32,000 nt of DNA from Candidatus Saccharimonadota bacterium (lineage in GTDB: Bacteria > Pseudomonadota > Gammaproteobacteria > Johnevansiales > Johnevansiaceae): assembly GCF_902713755.1 (NCBI RefSeq), contig NZ_LR744089.1; one strand, written 5' to 3'. Below are positions 10,961-21,510 of this stretch, piece after piece (the stretch's first letter is position 1; each line of letters begins with the position of its first letter). The position numbers were made by a program, and so were the translations under genes. The notes below the pieces were generated by a model. It worked only from the letters and a program-made list of their open reading frames with translations. It did no database searches and was not told where the DNA came from.

Positions 10961-13624
10961 ATGACAATTATAAATGTAGATAATAAAGATTATGAAATAA
11001 AAAATAATTATAAAAACATATTAGAAATATGTTTATCTTTTGGTATTGATATACCTTATTTTTGTTGGCATCCAATATTAGGAAGTGTAGGGTCTTGTAG
11101 GCAATGTATAATTAAAAGATACAATAATAGAGATGATACAATAGGACATCTGATTATATCGTGCATGACAAAAGTAAAAAATTATGATTTTATATCTACA
11201 AAAGATAAAGAATCTTTAAATTGTCGTTCTAAAATAATTGAATTAATTATGATTAATCATCCTCATGATTGTCCTGTATGTGAAGAAGGTGGACAATGTC
11301 ATCTTCAAGATATGACAGTTATGTTAAAACATAATAGTAGAAGATATAATTTTTATAAAAGAACTCATAAAAACCAATATTTAGGACCTTTTATAAATCA
11401 TGAAATGAATAGATGTATTACTTGTTATCGTTGTATAAGATTTTATAAAGATTATGCGGGTGGTAAAGATTTAGGAGTTTTTGGTAGTAGTAATAATATA
11501 TATTTTGGTAGACTTATGAATGGTAAATTAGAAAATGAATTTTCTGGAAATTTAATAGAAATATGTCCAACAGGTGTATTTACAGATAAACAATATTCTA
11601 TGCATTATGCACGTAAATGGGATTTACAATATGCTCCAAGTATATGTAATGGATGTTCTTGTGGTTGTAATATTAATATAGGAGAACGTTATGGTAAAAT
11701 TCGTAAAATAGAAAATCGTTATAATAGTAAAATTAATAATTATTTTTTATGTGATAGAGGACGTTTTGGTTATGGTTATATAAATAGTGTAAATCGTAAT
11801 CGTATACCTTATATTAATAATAATCCTATTAAATCAATAGATTTAGCTATTGATTATAGTGCTGATATGTTAAACACAGCTAATAGAATTATTGGTATAG
11901 GATCACCAAGAGCTAGTATTGAAAGTAATTTTGCATTATGCACGTTAGTTGGAAAAAAAAATTTTTCTAATGGTATTGAAAAAAATGAATTAGAGTGTCT
12001 ACAATTAATTTTAGATGTTTTATATAAAGGTGCTTTACCTTCTTCTTCAATAATTGATATTCAATATCATGATATCATAATTATCTTAGGTGAAGATATT
12101 ACTCAAGTTTCAGCAAGAATTGCATTATCAGTACGGCAAGCTGCTAAAAGATGTTCTTTTAATATTGCAAAAAAATATAAAATTTCTGAATGGGATATTA
12201 ATTCTGTTAATAATATTTCTAATGGATATAAAAATCCTATATATATTTTTACAACAAATAAAACAATATTAGATGATATAGCTTATGAAAAAATTATATG
12301 TACAAAAAAAGAAATTACAAAACTTGGATTTGCTATAGCTAGTTTTATAGATCATAAATCACCAAAAATAAATTTTAAATCATTTAATAATAAAAATAAA
12401 AAAATTTTATTAAAATTTTTAAATAACTTACGCTGTTCAAAAAGACCATTAATTATTAGTGGTTGTTCACTTAAATATTCTTTAATTTTAAAATCTGCTT
12501 ATAATATATCTCGTGCATTTAAATTTTTAGAAAAAAAAGGTTCTATAATTTTAAATAGTAATGAATCTAATAGTATTGGAGTTACTATGTTAGGAGGTAA
12601 ATCATTAAATTGGGCGATAAATAAACTAATTACAAATAAAGCAGATGCAGTAATAATATTAGAAAATAATATTTATCGTCGTATGAAATCATCTTCAGTT
12701 TATAATGCATTAAAAAATAAAAAAATTATTTTGATTGATTATCAAAGAAATATAACATTTGATAATGCTAATGTTATATTACCTGCAGCAACTATTGCAG
12801 AAGGTAATGGGACCTTAATCAATTACGAAGGTAGAGCACAAAGATTTTTTAAAGTTTATGAACCAAGTTATTATCGTACAGGAGATTTAACAAAAGAAAG
12901 TTGGAGATGGTTACATGCATTAAATATAGCAAAAAAAAATTGTAAGTTAGAATGGATACATTTAAACGATGTAATAAAGGTATGTTCTAAATATAATCCT
13001 ATATTTAGGAATATATTAAAATTATCACAATTTAAAATAAAATTATCACGTTTACCTCACAGGTTTAGTGGACGTACAGCTCTTAATGCTAATATTCAAA
13101 TACATGAAAAAAAAAGTCCTAAAGATATTGATTCAAAATTTACGTTTTCAACAGAAGGTTATAATTGTTCTGAAATAGCATTTGCTTGGTATCCTGGATG
13201 GAATTCGCCTCAAGCATGGAATAAATTTCAAAATGAAGTTGGTGGAAATTTATATGCAGGGAATCCTGGAATAATGTTAATAAATAATTGTAATAAGAAA
13301 AATGAATTAGCATATTATAATAATAATATAAAGTATGAAAAAAATAAAATTTGGCAAATTATACCAATATATCATTTAATAGGTAGTGAAGAACATAGTG
13401 TTTCTATAAAAAAGCCTTATATAATGATAAGTAAACATGATATAAATTTGCTAAAATTAATTCCAGGATCTAAAATTAAAGCAATTATTAATAACCTTGA
13501 ATTAAATATTATAATTAAAAGCACTAATAATATGCGTAATGGTATTATAGGTTTACCGTGTGGTATTAAGGGGATACCAGTAGAAAGTTTTGGTATGTGT
13601 TTTAATTTTATAATAAAAAAATAA
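10961..13624 (+). CDS. nuoG: NADH-quinone oxidoreductase subunit G
   Basis: 887 aa. Fe-S motifs [33 protein letters not shown] and [11 protein letters not shown]. The long gammaproteobacterial-type length compares with about 908 aa in E. coli. Confidence 0.96.
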   Translation: MTIINVDNKDYEIKNNYKNILEICLSFGIDIPYFCWHPILGSVGSCRQCIIKRYNNRDDTIGHLIISCMTKVKNYDFISTKDKESLNCRSKIIELIMINHPHDCPVCEEGGQCHLQDMTVMLKHNSRRYNFYKRTHKNQYLGPFINHEMNRCITCYRCIRFYKDYAGGKDLGVFGSSNNIYFGRLMNGKLENEFSGNLIEICPTGVFTDKQYSMHYARKWDLQYAPSICNGCSCGCNINIGERYGKIRKIENRYNSKINNYFLCDRGRFGYGYINSVNRNRIPYINNNPIKSIDLAIDYSADMLNTANRIIGIGSPRASIESNFALCTLVGKKNFSNGIEKNELECLQLILDVLYKGALPSSSIIDIQYHDIIIILGEDITQVSARIALSVRQAAKRCSFNIAKKYKISEWDINSVNNISNGYKNPIYIFTTNKTILDDIAYEKIICTKKEITKLGFAIASFIDHKSPKINFKSFNNKNKKILLKFLNNLRCSKRPLIISGCSLKYSLILKSAYNISRAFKFLEKKGSIILNSNESNSIGVTMLGGKSLNWAINKLITNKADAVIILENNIYRRMKSSSVYNALKNKKIILIDYQRNITFDNANVILPAATIAEGNGTLINYEGRAQRFFKVYEPSYYRTGDLTKESWRWLHALNIAKKNCKLEWIHLNDVIKVCSKYNPIFRNILKLSQFKIKLSRLPHRFSGRTALNANIQIHEKKSPKDIDSKFTFSTEGYNCSEIAFAWYPGWNSPQAWNKFQNEVGGNLYAGNPGIMLINNCNKKNELAYYNNNIKYEKNKIWQIIPIYHLIGSEEHSVSIKKPYIMISKHDINLLKLIPGSKIKAIINNLELNIIIKSTNNMRNGIIGLPCGIKGIPVESFGMCFNFIIKK

Positions 13625-13628
13625 TATT

Positions 13629-14570
13629 ATGAATAATATAATAAAAACTATTATATTTATAGTTTTTATATTTATAAGTGGAGCTTTTATGAGTTTTATA
13701 GAACGTAGGGCTTTAGGTTTATGGCAAGATAGATATGGTCCTAATAGAGTAGGATATTTTGGAATATTACAATTTATAGCTGATGTTATTAAAATTATAT
13801 TTAAAGAAGATTGGATTCCACCATTTTCAGATAATAAATTATTTTTTTTATCACCTATTATATCTTTAATGACAATAATTTTGTCTTTTATTATATTACC
13901 AATTAATAATGAAACTGATTTAAATAATGTTGGAATATTATTTTTTTTAGCTATGGCTGGTATTAATGTATATTCGATTCTGTTTGCTGGATATTCAAGT
14001 TGTAATAAATATGCTCTAATAGGGGCTATTAGAGCTTCAGCTCAATCAATTTCTTACGAAGTATTTATAGGTCTTTCTTTAATGGGTATAGTTTCTATGT
14101 CAGGATCATTTAATATAATAAATATTATTGAATATCAAAATTATCATTTATGGTTTTTAATATCTCAAATAATAGGATTTATTACTTTTTTTATTTCTGG
14201 AATAGCTGTAACACATAGACATCCTTTTGATCAACCAGAATCAGAACAAGAATTAGCTGATGGTTATCATATAGAATTTTCAGGAATGAAATGGGGCATG
14301 TTTTTTATTAGCGAATATGTTAATATTATTTTTATTTCTATTTTAATTGTAAATTTATTTTTTGGTGGGTATATTGGCTCAAGTCTACATTTAGTATTTT
14401 TGTTTATTATTAAAATATTAGTTTTTATTATATTATTTATTATAATTCGTGCTTCTATACCAAGACCAAAATATTATCAAGTAATGAAATTTGGTTGGAA
14501 ATATTGTTTACCTTTAAATTTAATAAATTTACTAGTAACAGGTAGTATAATATTATATTATAATACATAA
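13629..14570 (+). CDS. nuoH: NADH-quinone oxidoreductase subunit H
   Basis: 313-aa polytopic membrane protein with [18 protein letters not shown] and the [21 protein letters not shown] motif. Confidence 0.96.
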   Translation: MNNIIKTIIFIVFIFISGAFMSFIERRALGLWQDRYGPNRVGYFGILQFIADVIKIIFKEDWIPPFSDNKLFFLSPIISLMTIILSFIILPINNETDLNNVGILFFLAMAGINVYSILFAGYSSCNKYALIGAIRASAQSISYEVFIGLSLMGIVSMSGSFNIINIIEYQNYHLWFLISQIIGFITFFISGIAVTHRHPFDQPESEQELADGYHIEFSGMKWGMFFISEYVNIIFISILIVNLFFGGYIGSSLHLVFLFIIKILVFIILFIIIRASIPRPKYYQVMKFGWKYCLPLNLINLLVTGSIILYYNT

Positions 14571-14596
14571 TACATAATACATAATACATAATACAT
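14562..14596. repeat. Perfect tandem repeat (aatacat) x5. It contains the nuoH stop codon and ends at the nuoI ATG.
   Basis: Read directly: aatacat at 14562, 14569, 14576, 14583 and 14590. The nuoH TAA is at 14568-14570. The nuoI ATG is at 14597. Confidence 0.97.
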
Positions 14597-15136
14597 ATGA
14601 TAAGAAAATTAATAAATTCAATATTTAGTATTTTTCGTACTATTTATATAATATTTTTACATTCATTTAAAAAAAGAGTAACATTACAATATCCAGAAGA
14701 ATCTGTATATTTATCACCACGTTATAGAGGTCGTATTGTATTAACTAGAGATAATAAAGGTAAAGAACGGTGTGTTGCTTGTAATCTTTGTGCTGTAGTA
14801 TGTCCTGTTGATTGCATATGTTTACAAAAAGGTGAACGTAAAGATGGAAGTTGGTATCCTTTATTTTTTAGAATTAATTTTTCACGTTGTATTTTTTGTG
14901 GATTATGTGAAGAAGCTTGTCCAACTTCAGCAATTCAATTAACACCGGATTTTGAGTTAGGAGAATATAAACGTAAAGATTTAGTTTTTGAAAAAGAAGA
15001 TTTATTAATTTCTGGTACAGGAAAAGATCATTGTTTTAATTTTTATGAAATTACAGGAATATCTATTAGTGGTAAAGGTAAAGGATTTGGTAAAAAAGAA
15101 AAAAAACCAATTAATGTAAAATCATTATTACCATAA
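14597..15136 (+). CDS. nuoI: NADH-quinone oxidoreductase subunit I
   Basis: 179 aa. Two ferredoxin motifs, [12 protein letters not shown] and [12 protein letters not shown]. The C-terminus [10 protein letters not shown] matches enterobacterial NuoI. Confidence 0.96.
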   Translation: MIRKLINSIFSIFRTIYIIFLHSFKKRVTLQYPEESVYLSPRYRGRIVLTRDNKGKERCVACNLCAVVCPVDCICLQKGERKDGSWYPLFFRINFSRCIFCGLCEEACPTSAIQLTPDFELGEYKRKDLVFEKEDLLISGTGKDHCFNFYEITGISISGKGKGFGKKEKKPINVKSLLP

Positions 15137-15150
15137 AAAAAGGTTGATTT

Positions 15151-15636
15151 GTGTTATTTTATATTTCAGCAACAATTGCAATATTTTCCACATTAAACGT
15201 TATTATTAGTAAAAATATTATACATGCTTTATTAAATTTTATTATATCATTGATTTCAATATCCATGATATTTTTTTTAATTGGAGCAAATTTTGCTGGA
15301 GTGTTAGAAATTATAATTTATGCTGGTGCAATAATGGTATTATTTGTATTTGTTGTAATGATGTTACTTAATCCTATTAATAATAATTTAAGTTTTATTA
15401 AATTAAAAATTTGGATAATTCCATCTATTATGACAATAACTTTATTAGGTTTATTATTAATAACTATTATGAAATATGGTTTAAATAATCGTAATATATT
15501 ATTAGTTAGTAATTTACCACATACTCCACATCCTTTAAGTGTTTTATTATTTACCACTTATTTAATTACTGTAGAAATATCAGCTATAATATTATTAACA
15601 GCTTTAATTGTTGCTTCTTATTTAGGACGTAAATAA
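15151..15636 (+). CDS. nuoJ: NADH-quinone oxidoreductase subunit J
   Basis: 161-aa hydrophobic ORF in the conserved operon position. GTG start at 15151 preceded by aaggt. Confidence 0.88.
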   Translation: MLFYISATIAIFSTLNVIISKNIIHALLNFIISLISISMIFFLIGANFAGVLEIIIYAGAIMVLFVFVVMMLLNPINNNLSFIKLKIWIIPSIMTITLLGLLLITIMKYGLNNRNILLVSNLPHTPHPLSVLLFTTYLITVEISAIILLTALIVASYLGRK

Positions 15637-15944
15637 TGATTTTAATTCCAATAGATCATGTTTTAATATTATCTTTTATTTTATTTGTAATAGGTATATT
15701 AGGAATATTAATTCGTCGTAATATAATTTTTATATTTATTTGTTTAGAAATAATGTTAAATTCTGCAGCTTTTGTATTTGTTATATCTGGAGAATTTTGG
15801 GGGCAACCAGATGGTCAAATTATGTTTATTTTAATTATGACTTTAGCTGCAGCTGAAATAAGTATTGGGTTAGCTTTATTAATTCAATTACAAAAATATT
15901 TTAAAAGTTTTGATATAGATATAATCAGTAGGTTAAAAGGATGA
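15636..15944 (+). CDS. nuoK: NADH-quinone oxidoreductase subunit K
   Basis: 102 aa, 3 TM segments, motif LAAAEISIGLALL. It sits in the operon position and overlaps its neighbours by 1 nt and 4 nt. Confidence 0.93.
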   Translation: MILIPIDHVLILSFILFVIGILGILIRRNIIFIFICLEIMLNSAAFVFVISGEFWGQPDGQIMFILIMTLAAAEISIGLALLIQLQKYFKSFDIDIISRLKG

Positions 15945-17833
15945 ATAATATATTAGTTTTTATTTGTTTATTTCCTTTAATTAGTACAATATTACTAGCT
16001 ATCTTTAGATATATGTCAATAATATTAGTACTTATTATTGGTATTGGATCAATAGGATTATCTACAATATTTACAATATTAATAGCAATTAATTATTATT
16101 TAAAACCTAATCCTTTTTTAGAACATATATATAATTGGATTAGTATATATGATTTAAAAATTAATTTTAATTTTTATATTGATGGTTTATCAATAATTAT
16201 GATTTGTATAGTAAATGGAATAGGATTATTAATTCATTTATTTTCTACTTGGTATATGTATGAAAATTTAAAATATAATAAAGATTATTTATTGTCTAGA
16301 TTTTTTATGTATATGAATTTATTTATGTTTAATATGTTGATATTAATATTAGGAGATAATTTAATATTATTATTGTTAGGGTGGGAAGGTGTAGGATTAT
16401 GTTCATATTTATTAATTAGTTATTATTATCGTGTCAATAATAATGTTATTTCTGGGTTTAAAGCTTTTATTACTACAAGAATAGGAGATTTATTTTTTGC
16501 AATAGGCATATTTTTAATATGGAATCAATTTAATACTTTAGATATTCAAAAAATTTTAAATAAAGTATCTATAGTAAATAATAGTAATTATTTTATATAT
16601 GAAATTATTGCTTTTATGTTTATGCTTGGAGCAATAAGTAAATCAGCACAAATACCCTTACATCATTGGTTAATTGATGCTATGGTAGGACCTACTCCCG
16701 TTTCAGCATTAATTCATGCAGCAACTATGATAACATCAGGGGTATATTTAATAATTAGAACACATATATTATTTGAAATAGCACCAATAACCATTAATAC
16801 AATTGGTATTATTGGAACAATTACTTTATTATTAGCAGGTATATCTGCGTTAACTCAAAACAATATTAAACGTATTTTGGCTTGTTCAACACTGAGTCAA
16901 GTAGGTTATATGTTTGTAGCTATAGGAATTAAATCGTGGGATGCCGCTATCTTTCATATTATGATACATGCTTTTTTTAAAGCTTTATTATTTATATCAG
17001 CTGGTTCTTTAATAATCAGTTGTAAACATGAACAAAATATTTTTAAAATTAGATCAATATTCTTATCTTTATCTAAAAAGATAAGAATAAAATATTATTT
17101 TTGTTTTATTATAGGTGGTTCAGCTTTATCAGCATTACCACTTATTACAGCTGGTTTTTATTCTAAAGAAACAATTATTTTGTTATCTTTTATTAGTGGT
17201 AATAAAATCTTTTGGATATTAGGTTTATTTGGTGCGTTTATAACATCTATTTATACATTTCGTACTATATTTATTATATTTAATAAAAATATTAATAAGT
17301 TTATTATTTATTTTAATAACCAAAAAAAATTAATATATAATTTATCACATAATTTACCTTTATTAATATTATTAATATTATCTACTTATTTAGGTTCTTT
17401 AATAAAAATACCTATGCAAAATGAATTAAAAATGTATAATATATTTAATATAGAAATTATATTTAATATAATTTCTTCAATAATTGTCATTTTTGGTATT
17501 AGTATAGCCGCTAAAATATTTTTATTTTCTAATATTTATTATATTGATATAATTGAATTTATTTTAGGAAAATTAGTTCGAAATATAATATATAATATTG
17601 GAGGGTTTGATTGGTTATATATTAATTTATTAATTAAACCTTATTTATATTTAGTTAGGATAAATAAATTTGATTGTATTAATTTAATAATTAATAATAT
17701 TATTAAATTAATTTTATTTTTTAATACTGTAATGATAAAACTACATAATGGTAAATTAAGTTTTTATTTAACAATATTTATTGTTGGTATTATTATTATT
17801 ATAACTACATTATTAATGAGTAATATATTATGA
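15941..17833 (+). CDS. nuoL: NADH-quinone oxidoreductase subunit L
   Basis: 630-aa antiporter-like subunit (LLGWEGVGLCSYLLI, SKSAQIPLHHWL, GPTPVSALIHAATM). ATGA overlap with nuoK. Confidence 0.95.
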   Translation: MNNILVFICLFPLISTILLAIFRYMSIILVLIIGIGSIGLSTIFTILIAINYYLKPNPFLEHIYNWISIYDLKINFNFYIDGLSIIMICIVNGIGLLIHLFSTWYMYENLKYNKDYLLSRFFMYMNLFMFNMLILILGDNLILLLLGWEGVGLCSYLLISYYYRVNNNVISGFKAFITTRIGDLFFAIGIFLIWNQFNTLDIQKILNKVSIVNNSNYFIYEIIAFMFMLGAISKSAQIPLHHWLIDAMVGPTPVSALIHAATMITSGVYLIIRTHILFEIAPITINTIGIIGTITLLLAGISALTQNNIKRILACSTLSQVGYMFVAIGIKSWDAAIFHIMIHAFFKALLFISAGSLIISCKHEQNIFKIRSIFLSLSKKIRIKYYFCFIIGGSALSALPLITAGFYSKETIILLSFISGNKIFWILGLFGAFITSIYTFRTIFIIFNKNINKFIIYFNNQKKLIYNLSHNLPLLILLILSTYLGSLIKIPMQNELKMYNIFNIEIIFNIISSIIVIFGISIAAKIFLFSNIYYIDIIEFILGKLVRNIIYNIGGFDWLYINLLIKPYLYLVRINKFDCINLIINNIIKLILFFNTVMIKLHNGKLSFYLTIFIVGIIIIITTLLMSNIL

Positions 17834-19305
17834 TATTGTTATGGTTTTTATTAATACCTTTTATCGGTGGATTATTATCTTTAAGTTTGGAAAAAATAAA
17901 TATAAAATATACACGTATTTCAGCTCTTATTACTATGATAATACTGTTATTTTTATCAATATATTTATATTATTTAAATATAAATACAAACAATATATGG
18001 ATAGTAAAATACCGGACAATATGGATTGATAGATTTGGTATTTATATTAATTTAGCATTAGATGGTATATCTTTAATTATGGTATTATTAACTGTAGTTT
18101 TAGGTTTGTTATCAGTAATTTGTTCTTTTAAAGAAATTAATAAATGTATTGGATTATTTTATTTTAATTTATTATGGATTATAGGTTCAATTATTGGTGT
18201 TTTTCTTGCAATGGATCTTTTTTTATTTTTATTTTTTTGGGAAATAATGATATTTCCAATGTATTTTATAATATATATGTGGGGAAATGCATATAAAGAA
18301 AAAATAGCTATTAAATTTTTTATTTATACTCAAATTTCAGGGTTAATATTATTAATAACAATATTAACTTTAGTAGTTAGTAACTATTATGTAACTGGAA
18401 AAGTTATTTTTGATTATCAATCATTAGTAAATACTCCAATAGGAGATAAATTAGGATTTATATTAATGTTAGGTTTTTTTATTTCTTTCGCAATAAAATT
18501 ACCAATAATACCAATGCATAATTGGTTACCAGATGTTATGGCTAAAACTCCTAAATATGGTAGTTTAGATTTAATAGGTATATTGATAAAAACAGCAGCT
18601 TATGGATTATTAAGATTTAATTTATGTTTATTTCCTAAACAATCACTTTTATTTGCACCTTATGCGATGATACTTGGTATTATTAGTATATATTATGGTG
18701 CAATTTTGGCTTTATCTCAAATAAATATTAAAAGATTAATGGCTTATTCTAGTATATCACATATGGGATATTTATTAATAGCTATTTTTTCAAGTAATAT
18801 TTTATCATTACAAGGAGCTATTATGTTTGTGATATCAAATACATTATCTTCTGCAGGATTAATAATAATTAGTGGATTACTTTATGAACGATTAAATACA
18901 TTTGATATACGTTTTATGGGAGGATTGTTTGGTAAATTAGGAGCAATTCCAGGTTTTGCATTATCATTAACAATAGCGTCATTAGGAATACCAGGAACAG
19001 GAAATTTTATAGGTGAATTTTTAATTTTATTAGGTAATTTTAAATTATATCCAATAATAACTATATGTTCTAGTTTAGGTTTAATATTAACAGCTATATA
19101 TTCATTAAACTTAATACATAAAGTATATTATGGAAAAACAAAAAATAAAAATATAAAAAATATATTTTTAACTTTAAGTGAAGTAAATATATTAAGTATA
19201 ATATTATTATTAATATTTATTATTGGTTTTTATCCACAAATAATATTTGATATATCAATTAAATCTATAACAAAAATCGCACAAACAACAATGTTTTTTT
19301 ATTAA
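17830..19305 (+). CDS. nuoM: NADH-quinone oxidoreductase subunit M
   Basis: 491-aa antiporter-like subunit (FFFWEIMIFPMYF, KLPIIPMHNWLPD, KRLMAYSSISHMGY). ATGA overlap with nuoL. Confidence 0.95.
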   Translation: MILLWFLLIPFIGGLLSLSLEKINIKYTRISALITMIILLFLSIYLYYLNINTNNIWIVKYRTIWIDRFGIYINLALDGISLIMVLLTVVLGLLSVICSFKEINKCIGLFYFNLLWIIGSIIGVFLAMDLFLFLFFWEIMIFPMYFIIYMWGNAYKEKIAIKFFIYTQISGLILLITILTLVVSNYYVTGKVIFDYQSLVNTPIGDKLGFILMLGFFISFAIKLPIIPMHNWLPDVMAKTPKYGSLDLIGILIKTAAYGLLRFNLCLFPKQSLLFAPYAMILGIISIYYGAILALSQINIKRLMAYSSISHMGYLLIAIFSSNILSLQGAIMFVISNTLSSAGLIIISGLLYERLNTFDIRFMGGLFGKLGAIPGFALSLTIASLGIPGTGNFIGEFLILLGNFKLYPIITICSSLGLILTAIYSLNLIHKVYYGKTKNKNIKNIFLTLSEVNILSIILLLIFIIGFYPQIIFDISIKSITKIAQTTMFFY

Positions 19306-19308
19306 AAA

Positions 19309-20694
19309 ATGATTAATAATTTACAAATAGTACCTATTATTTTTTTATTTATAACATTAATAATATTAATTATTAATATATCATTTTATCGTAATAATTT
19401 TATTATATTTATAATTACTATTATAGGATTATTAATATCATTATTATCTATTTTATGGATTAAACCTACTTTAATTTATCCATTAATAATAATAGATAAT
19501 TATTCATTATATTATACTTTTTTAATTTTAATATCAGCTTTATATTGTTCGATTTTTTATTATACATATTTAAATAAAACTGAAGAATTTTATATGTTAG
19601 TAATATGTTCAACTATTGGAGCTATATTATTAGTTTTTAGCATGCATATGGCTACTTTATTTATTGGATTAGAATTAATGTCTATAGCTTTATATGGTTT
19701 AATAGTTTATTTACGTAATGATTTAAAAGCTTTGGAATCAGGAATAAAATATATGGTACTTTCTTCTATGGCATCTTGTTTTTTATTATTTGGTATGGCT
19801 TTATTATATTTTTATTATGGAAATTTAACGTTTACTAATTATTATTTTATAATTGATAATAATATTGCAATCTGGACAATAATAGGAATTGTATTAATAA
19901 TAATTAGTTTAGGATTTAAATTATCTATTATACCTTTTCATATGTATACCCCAGATATTTATGAAGGATCAATAGCCCCAATTACAGCTTTTATAGCTAC
20001 TGTTAGTAAAATTTCAGTATTTGTAGCATTAATACGTTTGTTATTGATATTACCCAAGTTAAATAAATTTTTGAATAGTGTAATCACTATAATTTCTATT
20101 ATTACAATAATATTTGGTAATATTTTAGCACTTAAACAAAATAATTTTAAACGTATATTAGGTTATTCATCAATAGCTAATTTTGGTTATTTACTTACAG
20201 TAATCATTGCGATGCAAATGCATCATAGTAAATTTATACTTGAAACAATAAATATTTACTTATTAACTTATACTTTAACAACTTTAGGTATATTTGGTAT
20301 TATAAGTATAATAAATAATGAAAATGAAAAGTTATCTTATTATAAAGGTTTATTTTGGATTAAACCAGATTTAACTATTATATTAACTATAATGTTATTA
20401 TCTTTAGCAGGTATTCCTATAACAGCTGGTTTTATAGGTAAATTTTATATATTTTTAACTGCAATAAATTATCAATTATGGTTTATACTTATATCTATAA
20501 GTTTAGGTAATTTTATAGGAATTTATTATTATTTAAGAATAATTTCATATTTATATATGAATATAAATAAGAAAAAAATTATTTATAATAAAAAATCTTT
20601 TGTTTATTATTTTGTTATATCTTTATCAATAATAATATTATTATTTGGAATTTTTCCACAAAGGTTAATATCTTTAATAAGAATAATTAGTTAA
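19309..20694 (+). CDS. nuoN: NADH-quinone oxidoreductase subunit N
   Basis: 461-aa antiporter-like subunit (GLELMSIALY, KLSIIPFHMYTPDIYEG, KRILGYSSIANFGY). It is the last gene of the operon. Confidence 0.94.
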   Translation: MINNLQIVPIIFLFITLIILIINISFYRNNFIIFIITIIGLLISLLSILWIKPTLIYPLIIIDNYSLYYTFLILISALYCSIFYYTYLNKTEEFYMLVICSTIGAILLVFSMHMATLFIGLELMSIALYGLIVYLRNDLKALESGIKYMVLSSMASCFLLFGMALLYFYYGNLTFTNYYFIIDNNIAIWTIIGIVLIIISLGFKLSIIPFHMYTPDIYEGSIAPITAFIATVSKISVFVALIRLLLILPKLNKFLNSVITIISIITIIFGNILALKQNNFKRILGYSSIANFGYLLTVIIAMQMHHSKFILETINIYLLTYTLTTLGIFGIISIINNENEKLSYYKGLFWIKPDLTIILTIMLLSLAGIPITAGFIGKFYIFLTAINYQLWFILISISLGNFIGIYYYLRIISYLYMNINKKKIIYNKKSFVYYFVISLSIIILLFGIFPQRLISLIRIIS

Positions 20695-21510
20695 ATTTAA
20701 ATATATACTACCATCAAATACTTGTTTAACATATCCACTCATATATAAAGGATTAGATAATCCTCCTAACCAATTAATTTTTAACTTACCTCCAGTTAAT
20801 ATTACTTTAATACTTTTGTTTCTATTTAAATACCCAAGTTTTATACCCATTGATACAGCTGCACAAGCCCCTGTTCCACAAGCCTTTGTTTCTCCTCCTA
20901 CCCCTCTTTCAAATACACGTAATTTTATTAAAGAAGGAGTTATTATTTGCATAAAACCAACATTTGTTTTTTCTGTAATAAATAAATTATTCTCAATAAA
21001 ATTTCCTAATATATTTATAGGTATTGTATTTATATTAGATATTATTAATATTGCATGTGGGTTACCAATACTTACTATAAATAAATTCAGTACTTTAAAT
21101 TTAGATATATTCGTTTTTATTTTTTTAAAACCTTTAAATAAAGGTGTTCCCATATTTACACTAATTAAATTATTATTATTAATATATAAAATTAAATGTC
21201 CTCCATAAGTTTCTACATGTATTATTTTTTTTTTTGTTAATCTTTTTTCAAATAAAAATTTAGCTAAGCATCTTGCACCATTACCACAATTTTCTACTTC
21301 AATACCATTTGCATTAAATATTCTATAAAAAAAATCAAATTTCTGATTATTATGTTTTTCAACTAAAAGTAATTGATCAAAACCAACTCCTAAATTTCTA
21401 TTTGATAAATAGTTTATCAATTTTTTATTTAATAAAAAATATTGATTAATAAAATCAATTATCATAAAATCATTTCCTAAACCTTGCAATTTACTAAAAT
21501 AAATTAACAT
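20674..21510 (-). CDS. dapF: Diaminopimelate epimerase
   Basis: 278 aa. Motifs FSKLQGLGNDFMIID, NANGIEVENCGNGARCLA and ERGVGETKACGTGACAA-like (catalytic Cys pair). Its 3' end overlaps the nuoN 3' end by 21 nt. Confidence 0.96.
   Translation of the reverse strand: MLIYFSKLQGLGNDFMIIDFINQYFLLNKKLINYLSNRNLGVGFDQLLLVEKHNNQKFDFFYRIFNANGIEVENCGNGARCLAKFLFEKRLTKKKIIHVETYGGHLILYINNNNLISVNMGTPLFKGFKKIKTNISKFKVLNLFIVSIGNPHAILIISNINTIPINILGNFIENNLFITEKTNVGFMQIITPSLIKLRVFERGVGGETKACGTGACAAVSMGIKLGYLNRNKSIKVILTGGKLKINWLGGLSNPLYMSGYVKQVFDGSIYLNLTNYSY

Noticed and set aside
12090-12272. Same-strand alternative-frame ORFs inside nuoG (12090-12272) and nuoM (17841-18029)
   Set aside because: They are short, out of frame within conserved genes, with no start context. 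Such ORFs are expected by chance in long genes.
19230-19238. Perfect DnaA-box consensus ttatccaca, noticed because gyrB suggests proximity to the origin
   Set aside because: It is a single copy inside the nuoM coding sequence. By a rough base-composition estimate, about 0.3 chance occurrences are expected in a window of this size (both strands). There is no clustered set of boxes and no AT-rich unwinding element context.
20816-21208. 130-aa plus-strand ORF inside dapF (the 93-320, 4527-4709, 4716-5045, 8053-8247, 9722-9946, 15318-15557 and 23857-24069 ORFs are similar)
   Set aside because: All are antisense shadows within strongly conserved genes (dapF, gyrB, ilvA, nuoCD, nuoF, nuoJ, argH). 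Their sequences are low-complexity or odd in composition, with no recognisable motifs.
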